Assembly (NCBI GenBank): GCA_037138355.1
Contig: JBAXIL010000001.1
Coordinates: 23,758-87,757, forward strand
DNA: 64,000 bases
Source of the DNA: a bacterium
GTDB lineage: Bacteria > Oederibacteriota > PGYV01 > Palsa-1178
Direction of reading: 5' to 3'
Shown here: positions 1 through 10,084 of the stretch, piece by piece
Layout of the letters: each line of letters begins with the position of its first letter
How positions within the stretch are numbered: position 1 is the stretch's first letter
Notes under the pieces: generated by a model
What the model was told of the DNA's origin: nothing
The model's database searches: none
Seen by the model: the letters and a program-made list of their open reading frames with translations, nothing else
Made by a program: the position numbers and the translations under genes

Positions 1-2079
1 ACAAGGTATAATTATCAGGTAAGAACAACTGATGTTAATTTTAATGTTTCGGCTCCTGTTGAATTCTCGGTTTTAATTCCTGGGCCGCCTGCCGCTCCAG
101 TGAATATTCAGGCAAGTACGAATGCCTTAGCTGCAACAATTACTTGGAATTATAATAGCTCGGATGAAAGTGTCACTTCTTACTCTGTTTATGAAAGTGG
201 AAGTTTTAAGGGGACTACAGGAAATAACCATTATGCAGATAGTTCTGTAACCTTAGGAGGGGCATATTTATACACGGTTAAGGCAAATAATTCATATGGT
301 TTAAGTGTTATGTCGCAAGCTGTGGCGGTAACGATTACTCCTTCTGCACCACAGAACTTAATTGTTGAAAATGCAACGCTACCTGGAACTCTATATATAA
401 ATTGGACCCCAATAAATATTTCTGAAAATATTACAGGTTATAATATATATAGGGCCACAAGTCCAGAAACATTTGATTATTCAATACCAATTCTTGTTAC
501 TGCTACTACATATGATGATTCTGATGTTGGAGTAGGATTAAGATATTATTATTGCGTAGCTGGATTTTCATCTATGGAAGGAGCAAGGTCTTTAACTGCA
601 AGTGCTGTCCCTGAGTTAACTGCAATAAATGTTAATGGCTTGACAGCTACAGCCTTTACTAATTATGCTTTTCTTAATTGGGATAATGCGGATATTGAAT
701 ATGGTGTGACTGGGTATAAAATATATAAAAGTACTTCTCCATACTCTGAGTTATTTTCTTATGAAAAGTATGTGACTGCTTCTGCTGGAGTTTCAAGTAG
801 CGCGTATGTTACAGGATTAAGTTCACTTAATATCCCTTACTATCTTAAGGTAACTGCATTAAATTTTTATGGAGAGGGAGATACTATAAATGCTTCATAT
901 ATAGATATTACAATGACAGCAGCTACAACTCCTGAAAGACCTATAAGTGTTACTGCAACAAGTCAGGGAGATGCGACTATATATCTTTCGTGGAGTACTG
1001 CACTATCGCCGGCAAGTGTGACTTCCTATAATGTTTATAGAAGCATTTCGGCAGGCATATATAACTTTACTACTCCAATTGCGAGAGTGACAGGAACAAA
1101 TTATACGGACCATGTTACTTCTACAGCTGGTACTGTGTATTATTATGAGATTAAGTCCCAAGGTTCTGGATTGGAAAGCTTGTCTTCTGCAGAAATCAGT
1201 GGAAGATCTTATTATAGACCTTATCCTGTAAATAATCTTACAGGTTCTTATGTAAATGGAAATAATTGGATTTTATGGAGCAAACCAGATAGTGATGGCA
1301 CAGATGATTATGCAGTAAAACATTATAGAATATATAGAAGTACTGTATCTTCTTTTTCGGAAACTCTTTTGGCGGGGGCGGAAGCAATAACGGAGGAAAA
1401 GTATATTGATTCGGATATAAACACATCAGTATCAATATATTATTATAAAGTAAAAACCTATGATACAAATGGTATTGAAGATGATGATACTTCGACATTG
1501 CAAGTAAATATGTCAGCCATACAGCAACCGCCTGCGACTTTAGTGGCATTGGCTGGTGACAGTAAAGTTTCTTTGATATGGCGAATGGTAACGCCACTAT
1601 ATTATAATATTTACAGAAGAGAAGATTCGAATCCATCATATGGACCACCAGTAGCTTACAATGTTTCTTTTTCGCTTAAGGATTATACTGATACGAATTT
1701 AATAAATGGTATTTTATATCATTATATTATCAAAGCAGTGAATTCGTCTGGGGAAGGTCCGGCCTCCGTGGAAGTGAGTGCTGAACGATACTTGGCAATA
1801 ACGCTTCCGTTAGATCCGACAGTTACAGCTCAGATAGTCAATAAAAAGGATATACTACTTAACTGGAATGCGGCAATAGGTGCTTCTCTTGCTGGATACT
1901 ATGTCATGAGAAGTAATGATGGTGGTGGAACCTACGCGCAGCTAACTATAACAACGCAGACCAATTATACTGATGCGAGCACACAATGGAATCAAGTATA
2001 TTACTATCTTATTAAAACAGTAGATGTAGATGGACATATAGATGCTATTTACACGCCTGTGAAGATAGTTCTACCACAG
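1..2079 (+). repeat. Tandem array of FN3-like coding modules, ~90-100 aa each, about 7.5 copies, divergent at the DNA level
   Basis: Periodic recurrence of the W...GY.(I/V)YRS...Y(T/I)D...YYY motifs in the translation. Module boundaries are marked by P-rich linkers (PSAP, PELTA, TPERP, YRPYP, QQPP, LPLDP). Confidence 0.6.
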
Positions 2080-2391
2080 CCAAAGAATAAAATCAGAGTT
2101 TACAGAAATCTCTTGGATCTATCAAAAGGAGAAACTTTAAAACTCCGGTATGTTTTAATTCAAGGTGGAAAAATTAAGCTTAGTGTTTATACACTGACAG
2201 GGGCATTTGTGATTGAACTTGTGAATGCAATTGTTGCTGGTAATATTGATGAAATCAATCCTTATGAAAGTGCGGATATAATCTGGGACGGAAAGAATCA
2301 AGCCGGAGAAAAAGTGGCTTCGGGCGTTTACCTACTATCACTTGAAGCACCTAATTTAAGGGTGGTTGAAAAAGTGGCTGTAGTTAAGTAG
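1..2391 (+). CDS. Large FN3-repeat cell-surface protein, 5'-truncated by the window edge, with a C-terminal FlgD-Ig / T9SS-CTD-like sorting domain
   Basis: Frame 1 is open from nt 1 (TRYNYQVRTTDVNFNVSAPVEFSVLIPGPPAAP precedes the listed GTG at 100), so the ORF continues upstream. About 7 recurring modules fit the pattern P.NL...L.W....(T/S)GY.IYRS.S......Y.D....YYY.V.A...GES. The last ~100 aa (VYRNLLDLSKGETLKLRYVL..KIKLSVYTLTGAFVIELVN..IIWDGKNQAGEKVASGVYLLSLEA....EKVAVVK) fit the FlgD-Ig / Por secretion tail pattern. Confidence 0.75.
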   Translation, partial: TRYNYQVRTTDVNFNVSAPVEFSVLIPGPPAAPVNIQASTNALAATITWNYNSSDESVTSYSVYESGSFKGTTGNNHYADSSVTLGGAYLYTVKANNSYGLSVMSQAVAVTITPSAPQNLIVENATLPGTLYINWTPINISENITGYNIYRATSPETFDYSIPILVTATTYDDSDVGVGLRYYYCVAGFSSMEGARSLTASAVPELTAINVNGLTATAFTNYAFLNWDNADIEYGVTGYKIYKSTSPYSELFSYEKYVTASAGVSSSAYVTGLSSLNIPYYLKVTALNFYGEGDTINASYIDITMTAATTPERPISVTATSQGDATIYLSWSTALSPASVTSYNVYRSISAGIYNFTTPIARVTGTNYTDHVTSTAGTVYYYEIKSQGSGLESLSSAEISGRSYYRPYPVNNLTGSYVNGNNWILWSKPDSDGTDDYAVKHYRIYRSTVSSFSETLLAGAEAITEEKYIDSDINTSVSIYYYKVKTYDTNGIEDDDTSTLQVNMSAIQQPPATLVALAGDSKVSLIWRMVTPLYYNIYRREDSNPSYGPPVAYNVSFSLKDYTDTNLINGILYHYIIKAVNSSGEGPASVEVSAERYLAITLPLDPTVTAQIVNKKDILLNWNAAIGASLAGYYVMRSNDGGGTYAQLTITTQTNYTDASTQWNQVYYYLIKTVDVDGHIDAIYTPVKIVLPQPKNKIRVYRNLLDLSKGETLKLRYVLIQGGKIKLSVYTLTGAFVIELVNAIVAGNIDEINPYESADIIWDGKNQAGEKVASGVYLLSLEAPNLRVVEKVAVVK

Positions 2392-2446
2392 TAATGATAG
2401 ATGATGAGGTGTTAAGAGTTTTACAAATAAAAATTCACGAGGTTAT

Positions 2447-4198
2447 ATGTTAAAAATAAATATCTTACCAGATAATGTGGCAAATCAGATTGCTGCTGGT
2501 GAAGTGATAGCAAGGCCAGCTTCTTGTGTTAAAGAGTTGTTAGAAAATTCTATTGATGCTGGGGCAACAAATATAACTGTTTCTATAGAAAATGCAGGTA
2601 AAAATAAAATAGAGATAAAAGATGATGGTCTGGGAATGGAAGAAATTGATTTAAAAAATGCTTTTTTACGACATGCCACAAGCAAAATAAAAACAATTGA
2701 AGATTTAAACTTTATTGAGACATTGGGTTTTAGAGGTGAAGCACTTGCCTCTATTGCATCTGTGGCAAGAGTGGAAGCTATGACAAGAACAGAAGGCGAA
2801 GATGTTGGAAACTTTATAAACATAGAAGGCGGTAAGATAGTAAAACAAGGAAAAAAAGCATCAAATAAAGGTACTATTATTTCTGTGAAAGATATTTTCT
2901 ACAATACTCCTGCAAGGTTAAAATTTTTAAAATCGGACTATACGGAAGAAGCCAATATTATAGAAGTTGTATTAAATGAAGCTCTTGCCAGAATGAATGT
3001 CTCTTTTAAATTAGAACTTGATGGTAAGGAAAATATGTTTTTTTCGAAATCGTCCGTGCTGAAAGATAGAATCCGTATAGCTGCTGGCAGGGAAGTAGCG
3101 GAGGCTCTTATAGAAATATCATATTTTACAGATAATGTGAAAGTAACTGGATATATTGCAAAACCTTCTGTAACAAGAAAATCAAGAGGTCCTCAATTTC
3201 TTTATGTAAATAGTAGGTGTATACAAAATAGAAGTATATCGTATGCAGTGTTTGAAGGTTTTGGAACACTATTAATGAAAGGCGCATATCCTTACGCATA
3301 TATATTCATAGATATCAATCCTGCTTTAGTAGATGTTAATGTACACCCGACTAAAGCTGAAGTAAAGTTTAAGGATGAAAGATTTGTTTATAATTGTGTG
3401 CGTTTAGCAATTGATGCAGCTTTGAAAAAAAACGAATTGACTCCAGCGGCATATTTTGGAACAGGCATAGATGGTCCTACTGCTACAGACATAAAAGATG
3501 GAGCACAGCAAGCCATCAATGGATTCTTTGCAAATGAATCATCAAGATTATTTAATAATACGCAAGTTGAATACACAAAAAGCGGTATTGAGGCTCACAC
3601 AAAATCTCAAACAAGAGCTTATTTGTGGTTAAGAGCTTTAGGACAAGTACATAAAACATATATTGTTGGTGAAGATGATAATAATCTTGTTGTGATTGAT
3701 CAACATGCGGCTCATGAAAAAGTACTTTATGAAAAGATAATGGATGATATCGAAAAAAACAGCTTAAAAGTTCAAGAACTGCTTATTCCTGAAATTATTG
3801 AAGTCGCACCTCCTGAAAAAAGAGTAATTATGTCAAACATAGGAGTTTTTTCAAGACTTGGATTTTTTCTGGAAGAGTTTGGAGAAAGAGATTACAAAAT
3901 TTCAGCACATCCAGTCATAATAAGAAATAAGGCCGCAGCGCCATTTGTAAAAGAAATAATAGGAACATTAATGGATAAAGATAAAGCCAACGAACATGAT
4001 ATATTAAAACATCTCTGTGCCACTATGGCATGTAGGGCTGCTGTAAAAGCAGGCGATATACTAAATGATGCAGAAATAACGGAGCTGCTTAATAATTATG
4101 TAGAGTTAAAAGATCCACATTCCTGCCCACATGGTCGACCGCCAATAATAAAAATACCATTTGATGAAATTGAAAAAATGTTTAAGAGAAAATTATAA
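2447..4198 (+). CDS. mutL: DNA mismatch repair protein MutL
   Basis: N-terminal GHKL ATPase signature: LPDNVANQIAAGEVIARPASCVKELLENSIDAGAT and GFRGEALASIASV. C-terminal dimerisation region has the ACRAAVKAGD and HGRP motifs. Confidence 0.95.
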   Translation: MLKINILPDNVANQIAAGEVIARPASCVKELLENSIDAGATNITVSIENAGKNKIEIKDDGLGMEEIDLKNAFLRHATSKIKTIEDLNFIETLGFRGEALASIASVARVEAMTRTEGEDVGNFINIEGGKIVKQGKKASNKGTIISVKDIFYNTPARLKFLKSDYTEEANIIEVVLNEALARMNVSFKLELDGKENMFFSKSSVLKDRIRIAAGREVAEALIEISYFTDNVKVTGYIAKPSVTRKSRGPQFLYVNSRCIQNRSISYAVFEGFGTLLMKGAYPYAYIFIDINPALVDVNVHPTKAEVKFKDERFVYNCVRLAIDAALKKNELTPAAYFGTGIDGPTATDIKDGAQQAINGFFANESSRLFNNTQVEYTKSGIEAHTKSQTRAYLWLRALGQVHKTYIVGEDDNNLVVIDQHAAHEKVLYEKIMDDIEKNSLKVQELLIPEIIEVAPPEKRVIMSNIGVFSRLGFFLEEFGERDYKISAHPVIIRNKAAAPFVKEIIGTLMDKDKANEHDILKHLCATMACRAAVKAGDILNDAEITELLNNYVELKDPHSCPHGRPPIIKIPFDEIEKMFKRKL

Positions 4199-4255
4199 AT
4201 TAGAATTAAATTATTATTAATTTTTGTTCTTGGGAAAAAACATTAGGAGCGTAGA

Positions 4256-5164
4256 ATGTATATTATTGTAACTGGAGCCACTGGTACTGGCAAGTCTGCT
4301 GTGGCTGTTGAACTGGCAAAGAAAATTAATGGTGAAATAATATCTGCTGATTCCATGCAGGTGTATGTGGGTATGGATATAGGCACATATAAGATATCCA
4401 AGGAAGACACGCAAGGGATAAGCCATCATTTATTAGATGTGGTAAATCCTTGGGAAAAGTTCTCAGTAGCACAGTTTAAAATTTTGGCGGAAAAGGCATT
4501 AAATCACATAAAAGGAAAAGGCAAAATACCTATAGTTGTTGGTGGTACGGGCTTGTTTATAAACTCGCTTACGCGTGGGATATTGACTTCTAAAGAGCCT
4601 TCTAATGAACTAAAAAGTCTTTTGAGAGTTGAACTTGAGGAAAATGGTCTTGAGGCACTTGTCAATTTATTGAATAAAAAAGACCCCGAGGCAGCATCGT
4701 TAATTGATATTAATAATAGTCGGAGAGTACTTAGGGCACTTGAACTTATAGAAACTAATAAAATGAGTTTAAGCGAATTAAGAAAAACAACAGAGAAAAA
4801 CCGGTATAAAGATGATTATAAATTATTTGTTTTGGAAACTGGCAGGGAATATATGTATTCAAGACTTGATAAAAGAGTTGATGAAATGATAAAAAGCGGA
4901 TTGTTAAATGAAGTAAAAGTCCTTATGAGTAAAATCAATGCATTAAGCATGACAAGTATGCAAGCCATAGGATATAAGGAAACCACGGAGTTTTTAAATG
5001 GAAATATAAATATGAATCAAATGATAATAAATATAAAACAGGCCACTCGAAATTATGCAAAAAGACAGCTTACTTGGTTCAAAAAATATGAGGAAGCAAT
5101 AAGAATTAATATGGAACGCATAACCCCTGTAGAAGCAGCAAAGGAAATTCAGGATAAGTTGTAG
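4256..5164 (+). CDS. miaA: tRNA dimethylallyltransferase MiaA
   Basis: P-loop GATGTGKSAVAVELA, then EIISADSMQVYVGMDIGTYK and ..VGGTGLFINSL. Canonical position after mutL. Confidence 0.95.
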   Translation: MYIIVTGATGTGKSAVAVELAKKINGEIISADSMQVYVGMDIGTYKISKEDTQGISHHLLDVVNPWEKFSVAQFKILAEKALNHIKGKGKIPIVVGGTGLFINSLTRGILTSKEPSNELKSLLRVELEENGLEALVNLLNKKDPEAASLIDINNSRRVLRALELIETNKMSLSELRKTTEKNRYKDDYKLFVLETGREYMYSRLDKRVDEMIKSGLLNEVKVLMSKINALSMTSMQAIGYKETTEFLNGNINMNQMIINIKQATRNYAKRQLTWFKKYEEAIRINMERITPVEAAKEIQDKL

Positions 5165-5297
5165 TACTATATGAGTATGGAATAATCCAATAAAGGCAGT
5201 ACTGAGTGCAATATTTAGCATTATTCAGTTAATTAATTAGCATAGTTCGATTCATTAATAGAGTCAATCACAGAACAAAACAGTGAAATCGGGTTGC

Positions 5298-5340
5298 AGA
5301 TAAGACATATTGAACTTATCTTATTTGATTGTTTTTTATT
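5298..5340 (+). terminator. Possible weak intrinsic terminator after miaA
   Basis: AGATAAG (5298-5304) pairs with CTTATCT (5315-5321), followed by an interrupted T-rich tract (tatttgattgttttttatt). The stem is AT-rich, so support is weak. Confidence 0.3.
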
Positions 5341-5375
5341 GGTTTTATCCATATTTAAAAGCTATTAAAATGTAA

Positions 5376-5404
5376 TTGACATAAAGAATTTATTATGTTA
5401 AATT
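5376..5404 (+). promoter_or_regulatory. Candidate sigma-70 promoter with extended -10
   Basis: TTGACA (5376-5381), 17-nt spacer, TGT-TAAATT (5396-5404). Lies in the 250-nt gap upstream of the first barrel gene. AT-rich background means chance matches are common. Confidence 0.45.
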
Positions 5405-5477
5405 TACTCACTTGCAAAGAATCTATTGTTGCAACAGGTTTTTATATATTGGAACATTATATGCATCGGAGGATACT

Positions 5478-7589
5478 GTGCGTAAGAGCATATTTCTGTT
5501 TTTGTCTTTATTTATTTTGGTTTTAGGTGCTAATTCTTTAATTTTTTCTGACGATTATTCTGATACTCGTCTTATTACTTGGGAAAAAGTTAATGAGCCT
5601 TTCTTTAATAAATGGAATCCTTATGGAGTAGGCGCGAGAGCAATGGGAATGGGCGAAGCTTTTTCTGCAATTGCGGACGATGCTTCAGCCGTATATTACA
5701 ATCCTGCTGGATTGGCACAAATGGATCACAATGAATTATCATGGACGGGTGGAAGTGATTATAGCTCTGCTCCATACACAAATTTCGCAACATTTGATAT
5801 GGCTTTAGGTGGACAATATTTTGCTTTGTCTTATTTAAAACTTTATCATCCTATTGGAAGATATCCAGACAAAATAGTAATTCCAGCACCAGGTGTTGGA
5901 CCTGTTCCAGGTAATTTATATTCGACACAACCTTTATTTATTCCAAGTGGACTATACGAAAATTGGTTTGGTTCTTTACAAGCATCACAACAAGATTTAC
6001 TTGCTAAGATGTACAGAGCATATATCAATCTTCCTTTTCAAGAAAATCAGGTAGCTTTAACTTATGCCACATCTCTTACAAGTGACAAAAGTTTTGATTT
6101 TGGAATAAATGTAAAATATCAATATACTGATGCAGCGGCAGCAAAGGTTCTTGGTTCAGCATATGATGCTTGGGCTTGGTCAATTGATTTAGGTTTTCTT
6201 TATAAAATCCGTTTGATTGAATTCCTTAAAGATTTTAACATAGGTATCATGCTTCGCGATATTTCTGGTAGGGCAAAATATTTTAATACAGGTGTAGAAA
6301 AACCTTTGTATTTCACATCCACAGTGGCTCTTTCTATGAGAACAACAGAATTAATAGAGAATGAAATAACAAGTTTGTCTGTTGACTGGGACGCTGTTAA
6401 TGATGCTGGCGTTTTTGTTAATGAAGCAAACAGATTGAAATTTGGTTTTGAACAGTGGTTTATTGATGGTCATTTTGCTGTACGCAGCGGACTTGTGTTT
6501 CCTATGAACCAGCAGCCATGGAGAATGTCTTTTGGAGTTTCCGCAAGATATTTGCTTGGCATAGATTACGCTTATGTACGGGGAATACCTTTTGATGCTA
6601 AAGCAGAAAATGAAGGTGATAGTCACTGGTTGACTCTATACTGGATGTGGGGAAAAGTTGCAAGAAAAATGCCTATGCCAGATGTTTTTGCAGCAGTAGA
6701 GCCAATATCATTCTCCCCAAGAAATGGCGAAACCGCAATTTTTAAAGTTAATGCGACATCAAAGGCAGGTATAGATAGATGGGCTTTGAGTATTCTTGAT
6801 AAAAATAATAATTTAGTAAAAACTTATGTTGATATAGGAAATCCACCATCACAGATAGTGTGGAATGGTTCAGATAATAAATATCTACTTTTACCAGATG
6901 GTGAATATACTTTTATATTTGAAGCTACTGATAAGCTTGGCAGTACTTCATCAACACCTGTGCAGACAGTTAAAATTTACACTCCTGTTATAGAAGGAGT
7001 AAGTCCTGAAGCGTTAAATAAATTAAGACAATTATTAAATCAATCAAAAGACAGAGATGTTGCAGAAGATATTGGAGAATTGAATTCAGCGAAAAAAGGA
7101 GTAGATGATCTTAAAAAAGCAAAGGCAAAACCTACTCCTCAAGAACCCCCATTACCAGCAGCGGGTTATAATACGCTTCCGGTAATTGCGGGAACACCAG
7201 GAGTATTAGGAAATGGATTAACTGGAACGGCATCCCCAATAGATATTGTAGGATTTCCAAATATAGATTCTGGCGCGATTAGGTCGGCATATATATCCAC
7301 AGGCGCAGATGGCGATAGACAATTTAATATGGATTATGTAACTACTAATACTTTACCTAAGTATGTAATTAAAGAAATGAGTCTTATGGTAAAATCAATT
7401 GCAGAAAGTTTAGGATATTCCGTAGATAGGATAGGAATCAACGCCATTTATGGCGGTAATAATAATATGAACTTATCAGTTCCGATTGCGCAGGCGGAAA
7501 ACTACCAGAGAGGTACAATCTCAGTAGACCAAATGTTAAGGGGCGCAAGTATTAATCTGAACGGTGAGATCATATATCCCAATTTTTAG
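5478..7589 (+). CDS. PorV/PorQ-like (FadL-type) outer-membrane beta-barrel protein with an internal FlgD-Ig-like domain and a C-terminal region of unknown function
   Basis: Start moved to in-frame GTG 5478, preceded by GGAGGA (5468-5473); this gives the signal peptide VRKSIFLFLSLFILVLGANSLIFS. N-terminal motif GVGARAMGMGEAFSAIADDASAVYYNPAGLAQ. Barrel-end motif IDYAYV...GDSHWLTLYW. FlgD-Ig-like segment at ~6681-6990 (ISFSPRNGETAIF...IVWNGSDNKYLLLPDGEYTFIFEATDKLG). Confidence 0.6.
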   Translation: MRKSIFLFLSLFILVLGANSLIFSDDYSDTRLITWEKVNEPFFNKWNPYGVGARAMGMGEAFSAIADDASAVYYNPAGLAQMDHNELSWTGGSDYSSAPYTNFATFDMALGGQYFALSYLKLYHPIGRYPDKIVIPAPGVGPVPGNLYSTQPLFIPSGLYENWFGSLQASQQDLLAKMYRAYINLPFQENQVALTYATSLTSDKSFDFGINVKYQYTDAAAAKVLGSAYDAWAWSIDLGFLYKIRLIEFLKDFNIGIMLRDISGRAKYFNTGVEKPLYFTSTVALSMRTTELIENEITSLSVDWDAVNDAGVFVNEANRLKFGFEQWFIDGHFAVRSGLVFPMNQQPWRMSFGVSARYLLGIDYAYVRGIPFDAKAENEGDSHWLTLYWMWGKVARKMPMPDVFAAVEPISFSPRNGETAIFKVNATSKAGIDRWALSILDKNNNLVKTYVDIGNPPSQIVWNGSDNKYLLLPDGEYTFIFEATDKLGSTSSTPVQTVKIYTPVIEGVSPEALNKLRQLLNQSKDRDVAEDIGELNSAKKGVDDLKKAKAKPTPQEPPLPAAGYNTLPVIAGTPGVLGNGLTGTASPIDIVGFPNIDSGAIRSAYISTGADGDRQFNMDYVTTNTLPKYVIKEMSLMVKSIAESLGYSVDRIGINAIYGGNNNMNLSVPIAQAENYQRGTISVDQMLRGASINLNGEIIYPNF

Positions 7590-7598
7590 GAGCGAGCC

Positions 7599-9218
7599 AT
7601 GAAGAAAAAGTCATTTGTATTGTCTTTGCTTTTTGTGTTAATTGCAACATTTGCTTTTGGTGGAGCTTTTGATAAGGGTGGAGTTTTAGGTATAGGTGGT
7701 AGAGCTACTGGCATGGGAAATGCCTTTGGTGCTGTCGCTGATGACGGAAGTGCTGTATACTGGAATGCGGCGGGATTGACACAAATGAACAGGCCCGAAT
7801 TATATATATTTTTAGGACCTTTATTAAACGGAAAAGAGTGGTATTCTTTCTTATCATTTGGTTCGCCTTTCTTTGAGGATACAGCTTGGCAGTTATCTGT
7901 AATGTCTCTTATTCATAGTGATACGAGTAATACAAAAGAGTTCACTGTAGTTGGGAGCTTTGCTTCAAACCTCAATCTTGAAAGAACTTTTTCTGTGGGT
8001 ATTAATATAAAATATCTTAATTATATTTCCACAGCTCAATTCACGACAACTGATGGCGTTAATCTTCAGGGAATTGCACATGGTTTAGGACTTGACCTTG
8101 GAGTTCTATATCAAATACCACTTCCACAATTGGGTAAGAAACTTAACTTTGGATTATTCATACAGGATATAGATACTAATATTGATTGGTCAAATGGAAC
8201 AAGCCAAGAACAAATTCCTACAGTGTTTAAAATTGCATCGGCATATTATCTTGATGACAATCTTGTTATTACAGCTGATTATGACTTTTTTAAGGATTTA
8301 AATATAAGTGGTATTCCACTCTCAACTCCAATATATGATTCTGCTTCTGGTGTCACAATCACAGCTTTAGTGCCACAGGAAGATAGACTTCATGTTGGTT
8401 TGGAAAGTTGGTTTTTTAAAAGACATTTAGGACTTCGTGGTGGTTATACAACTTTTGCAACAATGCCAGGAAGGTTTACAGGCGGCGTATCTTACCGTGA
8501 AGATGCATGGCAAGTTGATTATGCCTATATAGGTCACGCTGAGCATCTTGGAGATTCACACAGATTGTCTGTTGCTTTAAGATTTGGCCAGCCAAAAGAA
8601 CAGATAAGAGCGATTACTGTAGTAGCTCCTCCAAAAACATTGGAAGCATATGCAGCAAATGCTTCAGCAAACTTGACATGGGAAATAAATACAGATCCAA
8701 ATATAACTGGTTATGCAGTATACATGAGCAAATCACCAGGAGCAAGATACATACCAATAGCTAAAAGAATAAAAGAAAATTATGTAACCATAGATGGACT
8801 TCAGAACGGTACCAGATATTATTTTGTAGTTGCTTCTATTAACAATACTTATCCTTCGGTTGAGAGTGCTTATTCAAACGAAACTTCAGCTGTCCCAGCA
8901 CCTGTTGTTCCTGGGGTTCCTGAAATATTCCCAATTTCTAAAGTCGCTAAAGTACAAAATAATGGAGTTGTAGATATTGCTTGGGGTAATATGCCAAATG
9001 ATAGAATGGCTGGATACAATATCTATATAACAGAAACACCGGGAACTGGTTATAATAAATTAAATGCAGTTCCAGTAAAAGATGTTCATTATTTAGTGAG
9101 TGGCCTGGAAGTTGGAAAGAAGTATTATTTTGTAATGACATCTGTTACAAATGATACACCTCCAGTAGAATCGAAATTTACTAAAGAGTTTAGCTATATA
9201 GCAAAACCTGGAAAATAG
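7599..9218 (+). CDS. PorV/PorQ-like outer-membrane beta-barrel protein (paralog of the previous gene) with two C-terminal FN3 modules
   Basis: Signal peptide MKKKSFVLSLLFVLIATFAFG. Motif GIGGRATGMGNAFGAVADDGSAVYWNAAGLTQ. Barrel end VDYAYIGHAEHLGDSHRLSVALRF. Two FN3 modules follow (ITGYAVYMSKSPGARY...YYFVVASIN and MAGYNIYITETPGTGY...YYFVMTSV), of the same type as in the 1..2391 protein. Confidence 0.6.
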   Translation: MKKKSFVLSLLFVLIATFAFGGAFDKGGVLGIGGRATGMGNAFGAVADDGSAVYWNAAGLTQMNRPELYIFLGPLLNGKEWYSFLSFGSPFFEDTAWQLSVMSLIHSDTSNTKEFTVVGSFASNLNLERTFSVGINIKYLNYISTAQFTTTDGVNLQGIAHGLGLDLGVLYQIPLPQLGKKLNFGLFIQDIDTNIDWSNGTSQEQIPTVFKIASAYYLDDNLVITADYDFFKDLNISGIPLSTPIYDSASGVTITALVPQEDRLHVGLESWFFKRHLGLRGGYTTFATMPGRFTGGVSYREDAWQVDYAYIGHAEHLGDSHRLSVALRFGQPKEQIRAITVVAPPKTLEAYAANASANLTWEINTDPNITGYAVYMSKSPGARYIPIAKRIKENYVTIDGLQNGTRYYFVVASINNTYPSVESAYSNETSAVPAPVVPGVPEIFPISKVAKVQNNGVVDIAWGNMPNDRMAGYNIYITETPGTGYNKLNAVPVKDVHYLVSGLEVGKKYYFVMTSVTNDTPPVESKFTKEFSYIAKPGK

Positions 9219-9265
9219 TTTTTGGAGAAATGAGAAATATTCATAAGAACAAAAGGAGCAAATAA

Positions 9266-10063
9266 ATGATAAGCGGTTTATACACAGCAGCATCGGGCTT
9301 GATCGCCCAGACACAGCAACAGGATGTTATAGCAAACAACCTGGCCAATGTGAATACCACAGGTTACAAAAAAGATACCGCTTTATATGTTCCGTTTCCA
9401 ACTGTTTTTCTGAATAGAATTAATGATGATAAAACTCCAGTTCCAGGAGGTATGGCAGATGCTATGCCGCCTATAGGTTATATGGGTAGAGGAGTGGAAT
9501 TGCGTGTGGATGGAGTAAGACCGCAAACAACAGAAGAAGGTTCTTATGTTGAGACCACCAATAATCTTGATTTGTCTATTAAAGGAAATGGTATGTTTGT
9601 TGTCATGACACCTAATGGAGAGCGTTACACAAGAAATGGTAATTTCACGCTCGATTCAAATGGCGTATTAGTAACACAACAAGGGAATCCAGTTATGGGG
9701 CAAGCAGGAAAAATTTCATTAAATAATAACAATATACATATTGATGAGGGTGGCAGGGTATTTGAAGATAAATCAGAGATTGATACTTTGCGTATTGCCA
9801 TGTTTTCGAAAGATGATAATTTGAGGAAGGAAGGCGATAGCCTTTTTTATAAACTTGATGGGGTACCTTTAACTGAAGATCATTATGTGGACCAAGTTCA
9901 AGTTAAGCAGGGTTATTTAGAAACTTCCAATGTAAATGTAGTAAAGGAAATGGTAGAAATGATTACTGCATACAGAGCATACGAGGCTTCTGCAAAAGCA
10001 ATTCAGTCACAAGATCAGACACTCGGTAAAGCAGTAAATGATTTAGGAACTATTTCAATATAA
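9266..10063 (+). CDS. flgF: Flagellar basal-body rod protein FlgF
   Basis: Rod-family N-terminus MISGLYTAASGLIAQTQQQDVIANNLANVNTTGYKKD. C-terminal GYLETSNVNVVKEMVEMITAYRAYEA. Positioned just before flgG. Confidence 0.85.
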   Translation: MISGLYTAASGLIAQTQQQDVIANNLANVNTTGYKKDTALYVPFPTVFLNRINDDKTPVPGGMADAMPPIGYMGRGVELRVDGVRPQTTEEGSYVETTNNLDLSIKGNGMFVVMTPNGERYTRNGNFTLDSNGVLVTQQGNPVMGQAGKISLNNNNIHIDEGGRVFEDKSEIDTLRIAMFSKDDNLRKEGDSLFYKLDGVPLTEDHYVDQVQVKQGYLETSNVNVVKEMVEMITAYRAYEASAKAIQSQDQTLGKAVNDLGTISI

Positions 10064-10084
10064 AATTTTTTAGGAGGCAATAAA

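Noticed and set aside
1238-1648. Antisense or overlapping ORFs in the six-frame track. Examples: 1238-1648, 2485-2823, 12180-12479, 26594-27043, 35240-35614, 41441-41884, 45771-46259, 50880-51266, 62174-62518.
   Set aside because: Each lies entirely inside a longer ORF with clear family signatures on the other strand or in another frame. Their translations are low-complexity or hydrophobic shadow sequences with no RBS or recognisable motifs.
5165-5300. Sigma-54-type promoter (GGCAG...GTGCA near 5195-5212) upstream of the barrel and flagellar genes
   Set aside because: The GG-to-GC spacing is one nucleotide too long and the flanking bases do not fit TGGCAC-N5-TTGC. A sigma-70-like element with an extended -10 at 5376-5404 is a better candidate.
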